Positions 42,337-52,110 of a DNA stretch of 64,000 nt are shown here, piece by piece (the first letter of the stretch is position 1; each line of letters starts with the position of its first letter). The stretch covers positions 160,001-224,000 of the forward strand of contig CAVZDU010000002.1 in the NCBI GenBank assembly GCA_963774265.1, read 5' to 3'. The DNA comes from an uncultured Chloroflexia bacterium (GTDB taxonomy: Bacteria > Chloroflexota > Anaerolineae > CG2-30-64-16). The position numbers and the translations under genes are program-made. A model generated the notes under the pieces. That model was not told where the DNA came from and searched no databases. It worked only from the letters and a program-made list of their open reading frames with translations.

Positions 42337-44877
42337 TCAGCTTCCCACGACCGTTACTTCGGCCGCCGGCTGCGGTTCCGGCTCAGGCTGCGGCGTGTCC
42401 GCAGTTGTGACCTCCTCCCGGGATTCCTCGGACTTGTGATCGGTCAGCGCAGCGGCGATCACCTCTTCCACGCGTTCCGCGAAGATGAACTTCATCTGTT
42501 TACGAACCGCCTCTGGCACCTCGTCGAGGTCGCCCTCGTTACGCTTGGGCAGGATCACCGTCGTGAGCCCGTACCGGTGCGCGGCCAGAATCTTCTCCTT
42601 GACCCCGCCGATAGGCAGAACCTGCCCTCGCAATGTGATTTCGCCGGTCATACCCACGTTTTTGCGCACCGGGCGACCGGTGAGCAGGCTTACCAGCGCG
42701 GTTGCCATCGTTACGCCTGCGCTGGGGCCATCTTTCGGTGTGGCGCCAGCGGGAATGTGCAAGTGGATGTCGCTCTTAGTGAAAAAGTCCTCGGCAATCT
42801 CGTAGTCTCTAGCCTTGTTTCGAACCCAGGAAAGCGCGGCCTGCGCGGACTCCTTCATCACATCGCCCAGTTGACCTGTCAGCATGAAGCCCTTGCTGCC
42901 CGGCATGCGCGTTGCCTCCAGAAACAGCACATCCCCGCCGACGGGTGTCCAGGCCAACCCTGTCGCTACCCCCGGCGCCTCTACGCGCTCGGCCACATCT
43001 TCCAAAAATCTGGGCCGTCCGAGATAGTCAGTCACTTTCTCTGCGGTAATCTCCACCGGTCCGACCTGGGGACCCTTCTCAGCCACGCGCGTGGCTACCT
43101 TCCGCGCCACCTGGCCAATCTTGCGTTCCAGGCTACGCACGCCGGCCTCGCGCGTGTACTCACGCACCATGCGGCGCAACGCATCCTCCGTGAAGTTGAT
43201 CTCGCCGCCACGCAGTCCGTTCTCCCTGATCTGTCGTGGCACGAGGTAGCCTTTAGCGATCTTGACCTTCTCTTCCTCGGTGTACGAGGAGAGTTGGATG
43301 ATCTCCATACGGTCCAGCAGTGGTTGCGGGATGGTCTCCATCGAGTTCGCGGTCGTGATGAAGAACACCTGGCTCAAGTCGAACGGCACATCCAGGTAAT
43401 GATCTCGGAAGTCACTGTTCTGCTCGGGATCGAGCACCTCCAACAGCGCACTGGAGGGGTCACCCCTGAAGTCGCGACACAGCTTGTCCACCTCATCGAG
43501 GATGAACACGGGGTTGCGGCTCTCCGCGCGGCGGATATTCTGAATAATGCGGCCGGGCATCGAACCGATGTAGGTGCGCCGGAAGCCACGGATTTCCGCC
43601 TCATCCCGCACGCCACCCAGCGCCATCCGGATGAACTTGCGGCCCATCGCGCGGGCGATCGATTGGCCCAGTGACGTCTTGCCGGTGCCGGGCGGGCCAA
43701 CGAAGCAGAGAATAACGCCCTCGCGCTCGCGTCGGATGTGATCGATCGGCGTGGAGTCGGGCAGCGCACCGCCCTCTGTCTCGGCCTGTGCTGCCGCCTC
43801 AGCTTTGCGCTCCATGCGCAGTTTGCGTACAGCCAGGAACTCCAGGATGCGGTCCTTGATTTCCTCCAGGCCGTAATGGTCCTCGTCGAGCACCTGACGC
43901 GCATGCGCTATATCCAGGTTGTCCGGCGTGCCCTGACTCCATGGCAAGTTGACCATCCAGTCCAGGTAGGTCTTGATAACCGTATACTCGGCTGCTTGGG
44001 AAGGCATCTTGCGCATGCGATCTAGCTCGCGGCGAGCCTCCTTCTCAGCCTCTGCGGGCATGCCACCTTCGCCGATGCGCCGCTCGTAGTCCTGAATCTC
44101 GGCCTCCTGCTCGTCCCCCTCGCCCAGTTCCTTCTGAATAGCCTTGAGTTGCTCTCGCAGGAAATACTCACGCTGCATCTTGGTCATTTCATCCTGGGCC
44201 TGCGACTGAATCTTCTTGCCCAGTTCAAGCACCTCCAACTCTTTCGAGAGGATGCTGTTAAGCCTGACCAATTTCTGGCTGACCTGGTCAATCTCCAGAA
44301 TTTCCTGCGCCTGCCCAGGCTCCATACGCGTACTTGCCGAGACCAGATAGGCGAGCTGTCGCGCGCTCGTGGCATTCATCGCCGCGGTCTCTAGCTCCTC
44401 GGGCATATGCGGCACCAGCGACACGAGGCGGCGGAACAGGTCCAGCGTTGCTCGCATCATTGCTTCCAACTCCAGATCCTGCGGTCCCTCATCGTCGGGG
44501 ATTTGTGTCACTCTCGCGCGCAGGTAGGGCTGCTCCTGAAGGTATTCATCGATCTGAATGCGTTCGATTCCCTGGACGATCAGACGAACGGTGCCGTCCG
44601 GCGCGCGGAACATGCGATGTACGATGGCAGCCGTGCCAACCTGGTACATTTGATCCGGATTCGGCTCCTCAATATCGGGGGCTTTGGAAGTCACCAGGCC
44701 AATAATCCGCTGATCTGCGATGTCGACAAGAGCGTCATCGACCAGTCGAATGGATCGCTCTTGACCGATCGTGAGGGGCAGCCACATCATCGGATAGACC
44801 ACCACCCCACGCAGAGGCAGAATCGGCAGTTCGGCCGGAATCGTAATCTCGTTCTGTTCAGCCACACTCATTGTCAT
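42337..44877 (-). CDS. lon: ATP-dependent protease La
   Basis: [35 protein letters not shown]. Confidence 0.97.
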   Translation of the reverse strand: MTMSVAEQNEITIPAELPILPLRGVVVYPMMWLPLTIGQERSIRLVDDALVDIADQRIIGLVTSKAPDIEEPNPDQMYQVGTAAIVHRMFRAPDGTVRLIVQGIERIQIDEYLQEQPYLRARVTQIPDDEGPQDLELEAMMRATLDLFRRLVSLVPHMPEELETAAMNATSARQLAYLVSASTRMEPGQAQEILEIDQVSQKLVRLNSILSKELEVLELGKKIQSQAQDEMTKMQREYFLREQLKAIQKELGEGDEQEAEIQDYERRIGEGGMPAEAEKEARRELDRMRKMPSQAAEYTVIKTYLDWMVNLPWSQGTPDNLDIAHARQVLDEDHYGLEEIKDRILEFLAVRKLRMERKAEAAAQAETEGGALPDSTPIDHIRREREGVILCFVGPPGTGKTSLGQSIARAMGRKFIRMALGGVRDEAEIRGFRRTYIGSMPGRIIQNIRRAESRNPVFILDEVDKLCRDFRGDPSSALLEVLDPEQNSDFRDHYLDVPFDLSQVFFITTANSMETIPQPLLDRMEIIQLSSYTEEEKVKIAKGYLVPRQIRENGLRGGEINFTEDALRRMVREYTREAGVRSLERKIGQVARKVATRVAEKGPQVGPVEITAEKVTDYLGRPRFLEDVAERVEAPGVATGLAWTPVGGDVLFLEATRMPGSKGFMLTGQLGDVMKESAQAALSWVRNKARDYEIAEDFFTKSDIHLHIPAGATPKDGPSAGVTMATALVSLLTGRPVRKNVGMTGEITLRGQVLPIGGVKEKILAAHRYGLTTVILPKRNEGDLDEVPEAVRKQMKFIFAERVEEVIAAALTDHKSEESREEVTTADTPQPEPEPQPAAEVTVVGS

Positions 44878-45269
44878 TCACCTTCACTCGACTCACCAGT
44901 CGCCGTCCGCACGGGTACCCGTCGCACGGTAGCTTTCGGCAGGATGATCTTCAAGAAGCCATTTTCATAGGAGGCGTCTTGACCGGAGTTCTCCAGCGCC
45001 CACGGCAAGTGCACCTGCGTGCGAAACTTGCCGTGGCGGATCTCCATTTGCTGATACGCCAATTTCTCTGCGGCATCGCGACGTTCGCCTGCGACGATCA
45101 GCGTGCGTCCTCGCAGCAATATTTCGTAGTCATTCGGTCCCAGACCGGCGATCTCGATAACCACAACTACTGAACTGTCGGTCTCGTAGACGTCTGTCGG
45201 CGGACGCCAGATGGTCTCGTGGGCCATCTCCCACCGAGCATTACCGTAGTTTTCGCGATACACGTGCAC
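44874..45269 (-). CDS. Hsp20/alpha-crystallin family protein
   Basis: [28 protein letters not shown]; overlaps the lon start. Confidence 0.88.
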   Translation of the reverse strand: MHVYRENYGNARWEMAHETIWRPPTDVYETDSSVVVVIEIAGLGPNDYEILLRGRTLIVAGERRDAAEKLAYQQMEIRHGKFRTQVHLPWALENSGQDASYENGFLKIILPKATVRRVPVRTATGESSEGE

Positions 45270-45512
45270 ACCCCCTGATGACGGAACACTGTTGCAGTTC
45301 TCAGATTGAAGGCTGCAACTTCAAACCACATTCTCCAATCGGAGTCATTCTAACATACCCGAAATCGGCCGATATCATCCTCTATGCTTGTATAGGGCAA
45401 GGTCGTTAGATACGCACTTCTTTTTTGTTAACAAGTTGTTAGCGGGAGATAGTCCTTTGCACCCTCACTACGCGCCGCTTATAATGGCGTGGATTATACG
45501 CTGGGAGGACAT

Positions 45513-46136
45513 ATGCGGCCGTCGGATCGCCTCGTTGAGTTGAGCCTCAAGGATTTTACGCAACGCCTGGCATCAGGGGAACCCGCGCCCGGCGGCGGCT
45601 CAGCTGCCGCACTGACCGGCGGTCTGGCTGCTGCACTGGCCGCCATGGTGGCGCGACTGACAATAGGCCGTGAGAAGTACGCCGAGCACGAAGTCGAGAT
45701 GCAGGTCATCGTGGACCAGGCCCACCGGTTGCGAAACCAGTTGCTGGCCCTGGTAGATGCGGACACAGCCGCGTACCAAGACCTGATGGCGGCCTATGGA
45801 TTGCCAAAAAGGGACCAGGCGACGATAGAATATCGTCGCAGCGCAATCCAGGAGGCACTGCGGCACGCGACGGATATCCCCCTTGCAACAGCCGAGGCGA
45901 GCCTTCAGGTGCTAAATCTGGCCGCTCTGGCGCGCGAGCATGGCAACAGGCACGCAGCGGGCGATGCGGTGGTCGCAGCGCTGCTGGCCCACGCGGCGGC
46001 GCTCGGCGGGATTCACGACGTACGAATAAATCTCCAGGGACTCCGCGATATCGAGTTCTGCGCGGCCACAGAGGCGCGGATTGCAGGTTTGATGGCGAAC
46101 GCCGAGACCGCGCTGGGGCGTGCTCTGGGAGCATGA
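45513..46136 (+). CDS. Cyclodeaminase/methenyl-THF cyclohydrolase family protein
   Basis: LASGEPAPGGGSAAA, DADT, GN; GGAGG RBS; promoter TTGCAC-17-TATAAT at 45457-45485. Confidence 0.85.
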   Translation: MRPSDRLVELSLKDFTQRLASGEPAPGGGSAAALTGGLAAALAAMVARLTIGREKYAEHEVEMQVIVDQAHRLRNQLLALVDADTAAYQDLMAAYGLPKRDQATIEYRRSAIQEALRHATDIPLATAEASLQVLNLAALAREHGNRHAAGDAVVAALLAHAAALGGIHDVRINLQGLRDIEFCAATEARIAGLMANAETALGRALGA

Positions 46137-46202
46137 ACTCCCGTTTGAACGCGCTTCACTGCCGCTTGTAGGTGCGGGCTATGTCCCAAGACGGATAGTC
46201 AG

Positions 46203-48254
46203 ATGATCGAACCGCAACGCAGGACCCGCGATATCACCAGCGGATCATTGGCGCTCATTGGTTATCTTGTGCTCACAATTGGAATGACCTATCCCCTGGT
46301 CACGCAGTTTTCCTCAGCGATCCCAGGCGACTCCTTCGACGGGTGGCAAAACTACTGGAATCTATGGTGGGTCAAGACGGCATTGGTCGATAAGATCACG
46401 TGGCCATGGTTCACCGATCTCCTCTACCATCCCAAAGGGGTGAGCCTGCTGTTTCACACACTCAACGCCTTCAACGGGATCACATTTCTCCCGGTGCAAC
46501 TGGCATTTGGGTTGCTGCCCGCGTATAACTCAGTCGTGATGTTCAGCTTCGCGATTGGCGGGCTGGGTGGCTACCTGCTCACCCGGCAGGTGCTGGGGCC
46601 GCCAAGCAGCCGCCTGGCAGCGTTTCTTGCGGGGGCCATCTTCACTTTTTCGCCTTATCACTTCGCCCATCTACTGGGCCATATGCAGCTCATTGCGCTG
46701 GCGTGGCTGCCCTTTTATGCGCTCTACACGCTGCGGACTCTCCGGGCGGCAGAAAACGCGAGGTCGCAGCGAGTCGCGAGGGAAGGGGCACTGGCCGCGC
46801 TCTTCCTGGTCCTCGTCGCGCTTTGCGACTGGTATTATGCCTTCTACTGCATTCTCTTCACCACAATAGCGGCAATCTGGTTCGGCTTGCGCAGCATTCG
46901 AGCAGCCCAAACAAACGCCCTGCGCCGCGGGCTCGTCGCCCTTGCTGCAATCGGGCTCACGACGGCAGCGTTGCTCAGCCCGCTACTGGTTCCAATGATC
47001 CGCGAGGCGCGGCAGGCCTCCTACATGGTGCCCGACCCGGCGCAAAGCCGCATGCTGTCCGCCGATCTCCTGGCATTCGTCACCCCCCAAGGGTTTCATC
47101 CGGTCTGGGGCGAATGGGCACGACTGCAAGGCGAGCACTTCACTGCGACAATCTCCGAGTACAGCGTGTTCGCGGGGTTCACGGTGCTCGCTCTGACCCT
47201 TGCCGGGATGTTCGCGCGGTGGCGAGGCGGCATGAAGGGACTGTGGCTGGGCGTGGCGCTGAGTTTCTTCATCCTGTCACTTGGACCCATCCTGCACGTC
47301 GGCGGCCAGGCCGTCCGGCTGCCTGGCGGTGCGGAGATCACACTACCCTACACGGCTATCGCCAAGTTGCCCTTCCTCAACATCATGCGGTCGATCAGCC
47401 GGCTGGACGTAATCGTCATGCTGGCGCTCGGTGTGCTGGCCGCAGGCGGGCTGAACTGGCTGATACGCAGCCGCTCGGGGGGCCCCGCCCTCGGCGGCCT
47501 GGCTTTGGCGCTCGTGCTGTTTGAGTTCCTTCCCGCCCCCTACCCGATGAGCCCGCCCGATACGCCTTCGTGGTACCAAACACTGGCCGAGGACAGTCGA
47601 TCCGGTGCGGTGCTCAATCTGCCGGCGAATTGGGATCGGCCGGGGTATTTGCTGTATCAAACCGCGCATCGTAAACCGCTAACCTTCGCGTACATCAGTC
47701 GGGATGACCCGAGGACGCTGGCTGAACGCGCGCCCGTGCTCCAGCACTTCCGCCATCTCGGACCAGATATCATTGATCTGGACCTGGGAACTCAGGGGCA
47801 GCAGGTGCTTGCCGACCTGGATGTGCAGTGGGTTGTGCTCGATCGCTACAAGATGCCCGGCGGTTCAGAGCGCGATTACACCGAGGCCGCGGCGGCTGAA
47901 ATCTTCGGTGACCAGGCGCCCGCGTTCGAGGACGACCGGATAACCGTGTATGAGATGGGCGAGAAGAGAGACAGCGGCCCGTACGTGATGCTGGGAGACG
48001 GGTGGGGACCGTTCGACACTGCCACACGAACGCGAGGCTTCGCCGGCGAGGCGACTTTGTTGGTGATAGCGGATCGACCTGGGGAGGCGAGTCTTGATGT
48101 CATACTCGCGCCCGGCGACAGCGCAGTGATCGATTCGGTCGCGGGAGACCGAATCTCGAAAAGGATCGAACTGCACGCAGGGACCAACATCGTAACGCTC
48201 AAATCTGTGGGGGGAAAAGGGGCGCACGTCGCGCAAGTCCGGATTGGCCCCTGA
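46203..48254 (+). CDS. Multi-pass membrane protein, probable GT-C glycosyltransferase
   Basis: GDSFDGWQNYWNLWW, FTFSPYH, many TM segments, extracytoplasmic C-terminal domain. Confidence 0.7.
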   Translation: MIEPQRRTRDITSGSLALIGYLVLTIGMTYPLVTQFSSAIPGDSFDGWQNYWNLWWVKTALVDKITWPWFTDLLYHPKGVSLLFHTLNAFNGITFLPVQLAFGLLPAYNSVVMFSFAIGGLGGYLLTRQVLGPPSSRLAAFLAGAIFTFSPYHFAHLLGHMQLIALAWLPFYALYTLRTLRAAENARSQRVAREGALAALFLVLVALCDWYYAFYCILFTTIAAIWFGLRSIRAAQTNALRRGLVALAAIGLTTAALLSPLLVPMIREARQASYMVPDPAQSRMLSADLLAFVTPQGFHPVWGEWARLQGEHFTATISEYSVFAGFTVLALTLAGMFARWRGGMKGLWLGVALSFFILSLGPILHVGGQAVRLPGGAEITLPYTAIAKLPFLNIMRSISRLDVIVMLALGVLAAGGLNWLIRSRSGGPALGGLALALVLFEFLPAPYPMSPPDTPSWYQTLAEDSRSGAVLNLPANWDRPGYLLYQTAHRKPLTFAYISRDDPRTLAERAPVLQHFRHLGPDIIDLDLGTQGQQVLADLDVQWVVLDRYKMPGGSERDYTEAAAAEIFGDQAPAFEDDRITVYEMGEKRDSGPYVMLGDGWGPFDTATRTRGFAGEATLLVIADRPGEASLDVILAPGDSAVIDSVAGDRISKRIELHAGTNIVTLKSVGGKGAHVAQVRIGP

Positions 48255-48268
48255 TCTGACGGTGCCCG

Positions 48269-49129
48269 CTAGGGGGCCGCGGCAACCCTTCTGGGTCTGA
48301 TCTCCGAGCGGTACGCGTCGTAAAGTGTCAGCAGATTAGCTTGATGCAGTTTTTGCACCAGGCCGCCCAGGGGAATACGCGAGAGGCCGCATTCCTCGAT
48401 GGTGATGTCAAGAATATTGTTGCGGGCGACGCCGCGCGCGATCCGTTCACGAACCAATCGATCAACCATGCGCAGATAGTGAATCCCCGCATCCAGCGTC
48501 TCTTCGATCTCGCCGCGCAGCAGCACCTCACCATGACCCTGCACCAGGTTTTCCAGGCTCAATCCCTTCATCATCTGCAACGAGTGCACCATGTCGTCGA
48601 GGTCGCCGCCGACGACATAGGGCACTGGCATGACTGCATCACTCGCCACCAGCAGGCGATCTTCCACCACATGAACCGTGATCACGTCTTTGCTATGGCC
48701 GGGTGCGTAGCGCAACTCGACCGTTTTGCCGCCAAAGCGCAACGTCATGCCCTCGTTAAATAGCAGTTCCGGATAACGAATTTGCACATCAGCGAGCGCA
48801 GGTGTTTGCTCTTTGGCCTGCTGCAAGGCGACCTCAGCGTGACGCTCCATGAGCCGGCGACACTGATAGTGCGCTATGACTACTGCTTCAGGAAAGAGAT
48901 AGGTTCCATAGATGTGATCTGCGTGCGAGTGCGTGTTGATGACATAGCCAATCTTGGTTCGACGCTGGGCAACGAAATCACGAATCTGCCGCGTCTCCTG
49001 TGGAAAAGGCAGGGTGTCCACCAGGATGGCTCCCTCATCGGTGAAGATGACGGTGGCCGTCACTTCAGCGTACAGGCCGCTGGTGAAGACATATACGCCC
49101 TCTGAGATTCGATCGCGTTTGAGAGGCAC
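48269..49129 (-). CDS. MBL-fold metallo-hydrolase
   Basis: THSHADH, PGHS, SD, GHG. Confidence 0.88.
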   Translation of the reverse strand: MPLKRDRISEGVYVFTSGLYAEVTATVIFTDEGAILVDTLPFPQETRQIRDFVAQRRTKIGYVINTHSHADHIYGTYLFPEAVVIAHYQCRRLMERHAEVALQQAKEQTPALADVQIRYPELLFNEGMTLRFGGKTVELRYAPGHSKDVITVHVVEDRLLVASDAVMPVPYVVGGDLDDMVHSLQMMKGLSLENLVQGHGEVLLRGEIEETLDAGIHYLRMVDRLVRERIARGVARNNILDITIEECGLSRIPLGGLVQKLHQANLLTLYDAYRSEIRPRRVAAAP

Positions 49130-49250
49130 AGGCTGTTAGGCTCCCCCCTTGTTGAGTTACGTCGCAAGAATAGCACAGCGCAAACAGCCGTGTCAAGGGC
49201 AATTTTGAGAATGACAATCCGTTCTGATTCGCGTATAATAATGCCCGGAG

Positions 49251-49925
49251 ATGATCATGCGAAGACACCCGCTACCCATCGTGATTGGCCTTATTGCATT
49301 GGCACTTCTACAGATCGCAGGGACTACCTCGGCTCAAGCTCCGAGTTCCCACCGCGTTCTTCTACCGCTTGTCCTGAAGAACAGCTCCCTGTCAACCGAA
49401 ATCAGGCTTATGGCCGTGGCAGATGCGTATGTGCTCGAGGCCGGCCCCGATACGAATACCGGAAGCAAATACTACATGATTGTGGGATATGATGAATCAG
49501 AAGACCCAGTGGCTGAGCTTCGAACCCGCGCTTTGGTGAAGTTCGACATTCCTGCAGGCAGCGCCGCAACCGCCACTCAAGCTACCCTAAGAGTGTGGTA
49601 TGCGAACGCTTACGACTTTCCGGGCCACTCGCGCGATATCACCGCAAGAGCCTGCATCGGGTCGTGGGAGGAATTAGGCGTGACGTGGGATAATCAACCG
49701 GACGTAGGAGAGTCCTTTGGGAAGGTGAGCATTCCGGCCAATTACGATTTTGGATATCGAGATATCGATGTAACCCAACTAGTTCAAGGCTGGCTTGCCG
49801 GTTCGATTCTCAACTATGGCATTTACCTGAGTGGGCCGGAAGTCAGCGGGAGCGACTCCTCATATCGGGAGTTCCGGACTCGCGAAAGCGAGCATCCGCC
49901 GGAGCTCGTCATCAGATTCCAGTAG
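49251..49925 (+). CDS. Secreted DNRLRE/CBM96-like domain protein
   Basis: Signal peptide, VADAYV..PDTN, RALVKFD, WEELGVTWDNQP, DVTQLVQGW, PELVI. Confidence 0.75.
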   Translation: MIMRRHPLPIVIGLIALALLQIAGTTSAQAPSSHRVLLPLVLKNSSLSTEIRLMAVADAYVLEAGPDTNTGSKYYMIVGYDESEDPVAELRTRALVKFDIPAGSAATATQATLRVWYANAYDFPGHSRDITARACIGSWEELGVTWDNQPDVGESFGKVSIPANYDFGYRDIDVTQLVQGWLAGSILNYGIYLSGPEVSGSDSSYREFRTRESEHPPELVIRFQ

Positions 49926-49947
49926 TGCGGCAGAAGCGGACCATAAC

Positions 49948-49982
49948 AAGGCCGCCGGATGGTTTCATCCGGCGGCCTTTTC
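49948..49982. terminator. Bidirectional intrinsic terminator
   Basis: AAGGCCGCCGGATG...CATCCGGCGGCCTTTT. Confidence 0.85.
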
Positions 49983-49988
49983 GTCTTG

Positions 49989-50188
49989 CAGGTTCCCCGC
50001 TGCGCCGTGTGTTCGCTGGTTTTGAACCTGCTTGCGCAGGTGGGTGCCTTATCGCCGGTTCAGCTTTGCCCTTCCCACGCAGCTTACGCCACGTGAGGGG
50101 CTATTGCGTCTCCATCCGAAGCCAGCTCCCTAAGTTATCATGTTGGCTCAAAACGTCTACGGAACATCACGAGCACCGCAGGGCACTG
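49989..50188 (-). ncRNA. ssrS: 6S RNA
   Basis: Minus strand, about 200 nt, with pairing ends (CCCTGCG/CGCAGCGGG) and 6S-like motifs TTGAGCCAAC..GGGAG..GGCACCCACCTG..CAGGTTCAAAA. Own promoter TTGCGC-17-TAGCAT; located downstream of aspS. Confidence 0.8.
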
Positions 50189-50265
50189 TAAGATGATGCT
50201 ACCATAGCCCCGATAAACGCGCAAAACGGGAAATGGGGCGCGGACCCGACTGGTACTGGTCCCAT

Positions 50266-52029
50266 TTAGTCCCTGATAGCCAAATGCAGTTCCTGGAGTT
50301 GCCGCTCCGAAATCTCCGAAGGCGAGCGGAACATCAGGTCTGTCGCGGATGCCGTCTTGGGAAACGCGATCACTTCGCGAATCGATGGGAAACCGGCGAG
50401 GATGGCTACAGTGCGATCGATGCCGGTCGCGATTCCGCCGTGGGGTGGCGCGCCGTACTCGAATGCCTCCAGCAGATGGCCGAACTTCTCCTCGGCCTCC
50501 TCGGGTCCGATTCCCAGCGCCCTGAACATTTGGGACTGGCGATGCCGCTGATGAATACGAATCGACCCTCCGCCGACTTCCCAGCCGTCCATTACGATGT
50601 CGTAAGCCTTCGCACGCACCTTGCCTGGGTCGGTCTCCAGCAGATCCCAGTCTTCATCCAGGGCCGATGTGAAGGGGTGATGCATTGCAGTCCAGCGCTG
50701 CTCTTCAGCGCTCCATTCGAGCAACGGGAATTCAACCACCCAGCAAAGCGCGTGCACATCCTTGCGCGCCAGACCCAGGCGACGGCCAAGCATCACGCGC
50801 AATTCGCCCAGGCTCTTGGCCACGACCATCGGGTCGGCGTCGGCGACGATCAATACCAGGTCGCCCGTATTCGCGCCAAGCCGCTCCCGCAGAACGGCAA
50901 AATCGGCCTCTGTCAGGAACTTCGCCGCAGATGATTTCGGGCCGTCCTCGCGATACGCAATGTGAACCAGCCCCTTTGCGCCAGCGCGCCTGGCCAAATC
51001 GGCCAGATCGTCGAGTTCCTTCCGGCTGTACCCTGCGCAACCGGGCGCCACGATACCCTTCACCTTGCCTCCGGCCGCCACCGCACCCGAGAAGACACCG
51101 AATGGGCTGCCTGCAACCAGCTCGCTCAGGTCGACGTGCTCCATGCCAAAACGCAGGTCAGGCTTGTCGGAGCCGTACTTATCCATCGCCTCTTGATAGC
51201 TCAAGACAGGAAAGGGCTTCTGTAGGATGGGCTTGGAGCCGAAACGCTCGATGATCTCCGTATACAACTCGCCGATCAAAGCAATTATGTCCGCGCGCTC
51301 GATGAAGCTTAACTCCATATCGAGCTGGGTGAACTCAGGTTGGCGGTCAGCGCGCAAGTCCTCATCGCGGAAACAGCGCGCGATCTGGAAGTATTTCTCG
51401 TAGCCGGCAACCATGAGCAGTTGCTTCAATTGCTGGGGCGACTGAGGCAGCGCATAGAAGCTGCCGGGATGGACGCGGGAGGGGACAACATAGTCGCGCG
51501 CACCCTCAGGGGTGGTCTTGATCAGCATGGGGGTTTCGATTTCGAGGAAGCCCCGGCTACTCAGGAAATTCCGGATCAGACTCACCACGTTGTGGCGCAG
51601 GATGATATTCTTCTGCATCGCAGGGCGACGCAAATCCAGGTAGCGATACTTCAGCCGCAAGGCCTCGTCGATCTCAACGTCTTCATTGATGTAGAACGGC
51701 GGCGTCTTCGCCTCGTTGAGAACCTGCGCCGCAGTCGCTACCACCTCAATCTCGCCGGTGGGCATGTTGGGGTTGGTCAGGCCCTCTGGTCGTGGCTTGA
51801 CCACGCCCGTGACCTGGACCACATACTCTGCGCGCACGCCACTGAGAACCTCATGAGCGGCAGGGTTGGTTTCCTTGTCACAGGTGATTTGCACGATGCC
51901 CGAACGATCGCGCAAGTCCAGGAAGATCAGCGCACCGTGGTCGCGTCTGCGGTGCACCCAACCGGCGAGCGTGACAGTCTGGCCCGCCTTCTCGAGTTGC
52001 AGGTCCCCGCAATTGATGGATTTGAGCAT
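50266..52029 (-). CDS. aspS: Aspartate--tRNA ligase
   Basis: [39 protein letters not shown]; GGAG RBS before ATG 52029. Confidence 0.97.
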   Translation of the reverse strand: MLKSINCGDLQLEKAGQTVTLAGWVHRRRDHGALIFLDLRDRSGIVQITCDKETNPAAHEVLSGVRAEYVVQVTGVVKPRPEGLTNPNMPTGEIEVVATAAQVLNEAKTPPFYINEDVEIDEALRLKYRYLDLRRPAMQKNIILRHNVVSLIRNFLSSRGFLEIETPMLIKTTPEGARDYVVPSRVHPGSFYALPQSPQQLKQLLMVAGYEKYFQIARCFRDEDLRADRQPEFTQLDMELSFIERADIIALIGELYTEIIERFGSKPILQKPFPVLSYQEAMDKYGSDKPDLRFGMEHVDLSELVAGSPFGVFSGAVAAGGKVKGIVAPGCAGYSRKELDDLADLARRAGAKGLVHIAYREDGPKSSAAKFLTEADFAVLRERLGANTGDLVLIVADADPMVVAKSLGELRVMLGRRLGLARKDVHALCWVVEFPLLEWSAEEQRWTAMHHPFTSALDEDWDLLETDPGKVRAKAYDIVMDGWEVGGGSIRIHQRHRQSQMFRALGIGPEEAEEKFGHLLEAFEYGAPPHGGIATGIDRTVAILAGFPSIREVIAFPKTASATDLMFRSPSEISERQLQELHLAIRD

Positions 52030-52072
52030 GAATCGATACTCCGTGATAGATGGCTGTGTCAGGATTGTCGCC

Positions 52073-52101
52073 ATTATACCGTCGCGCATGGGGAGCAGCA
52101 A
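52073..52101 (-). promoter_or_regulatory. aspS promoter
   Basis: Minus strand TTGCTG-17-TATAAT. Confidence 0.65.
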
Positions 52102-52110
52102 ACGGCCTGC

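Noticed and set aside
42100-43674. 524-aa plus-strand ORF and similar long antisense ORFs
   Set aside because: Shadow frames opposite conserved GC-rich genes (lon, pckG, E1, ligA) with no recognisable motifs.
45270-45480. CIRCE/HrcA operator upstream of hsp20-lon
   Set aside because: No TTAGCACTC-N9-GAGTGCTAA. Only a 7-bp inverted repeat GTTGCAG/CTGCAAC (45291-45319) of unclear meaning.
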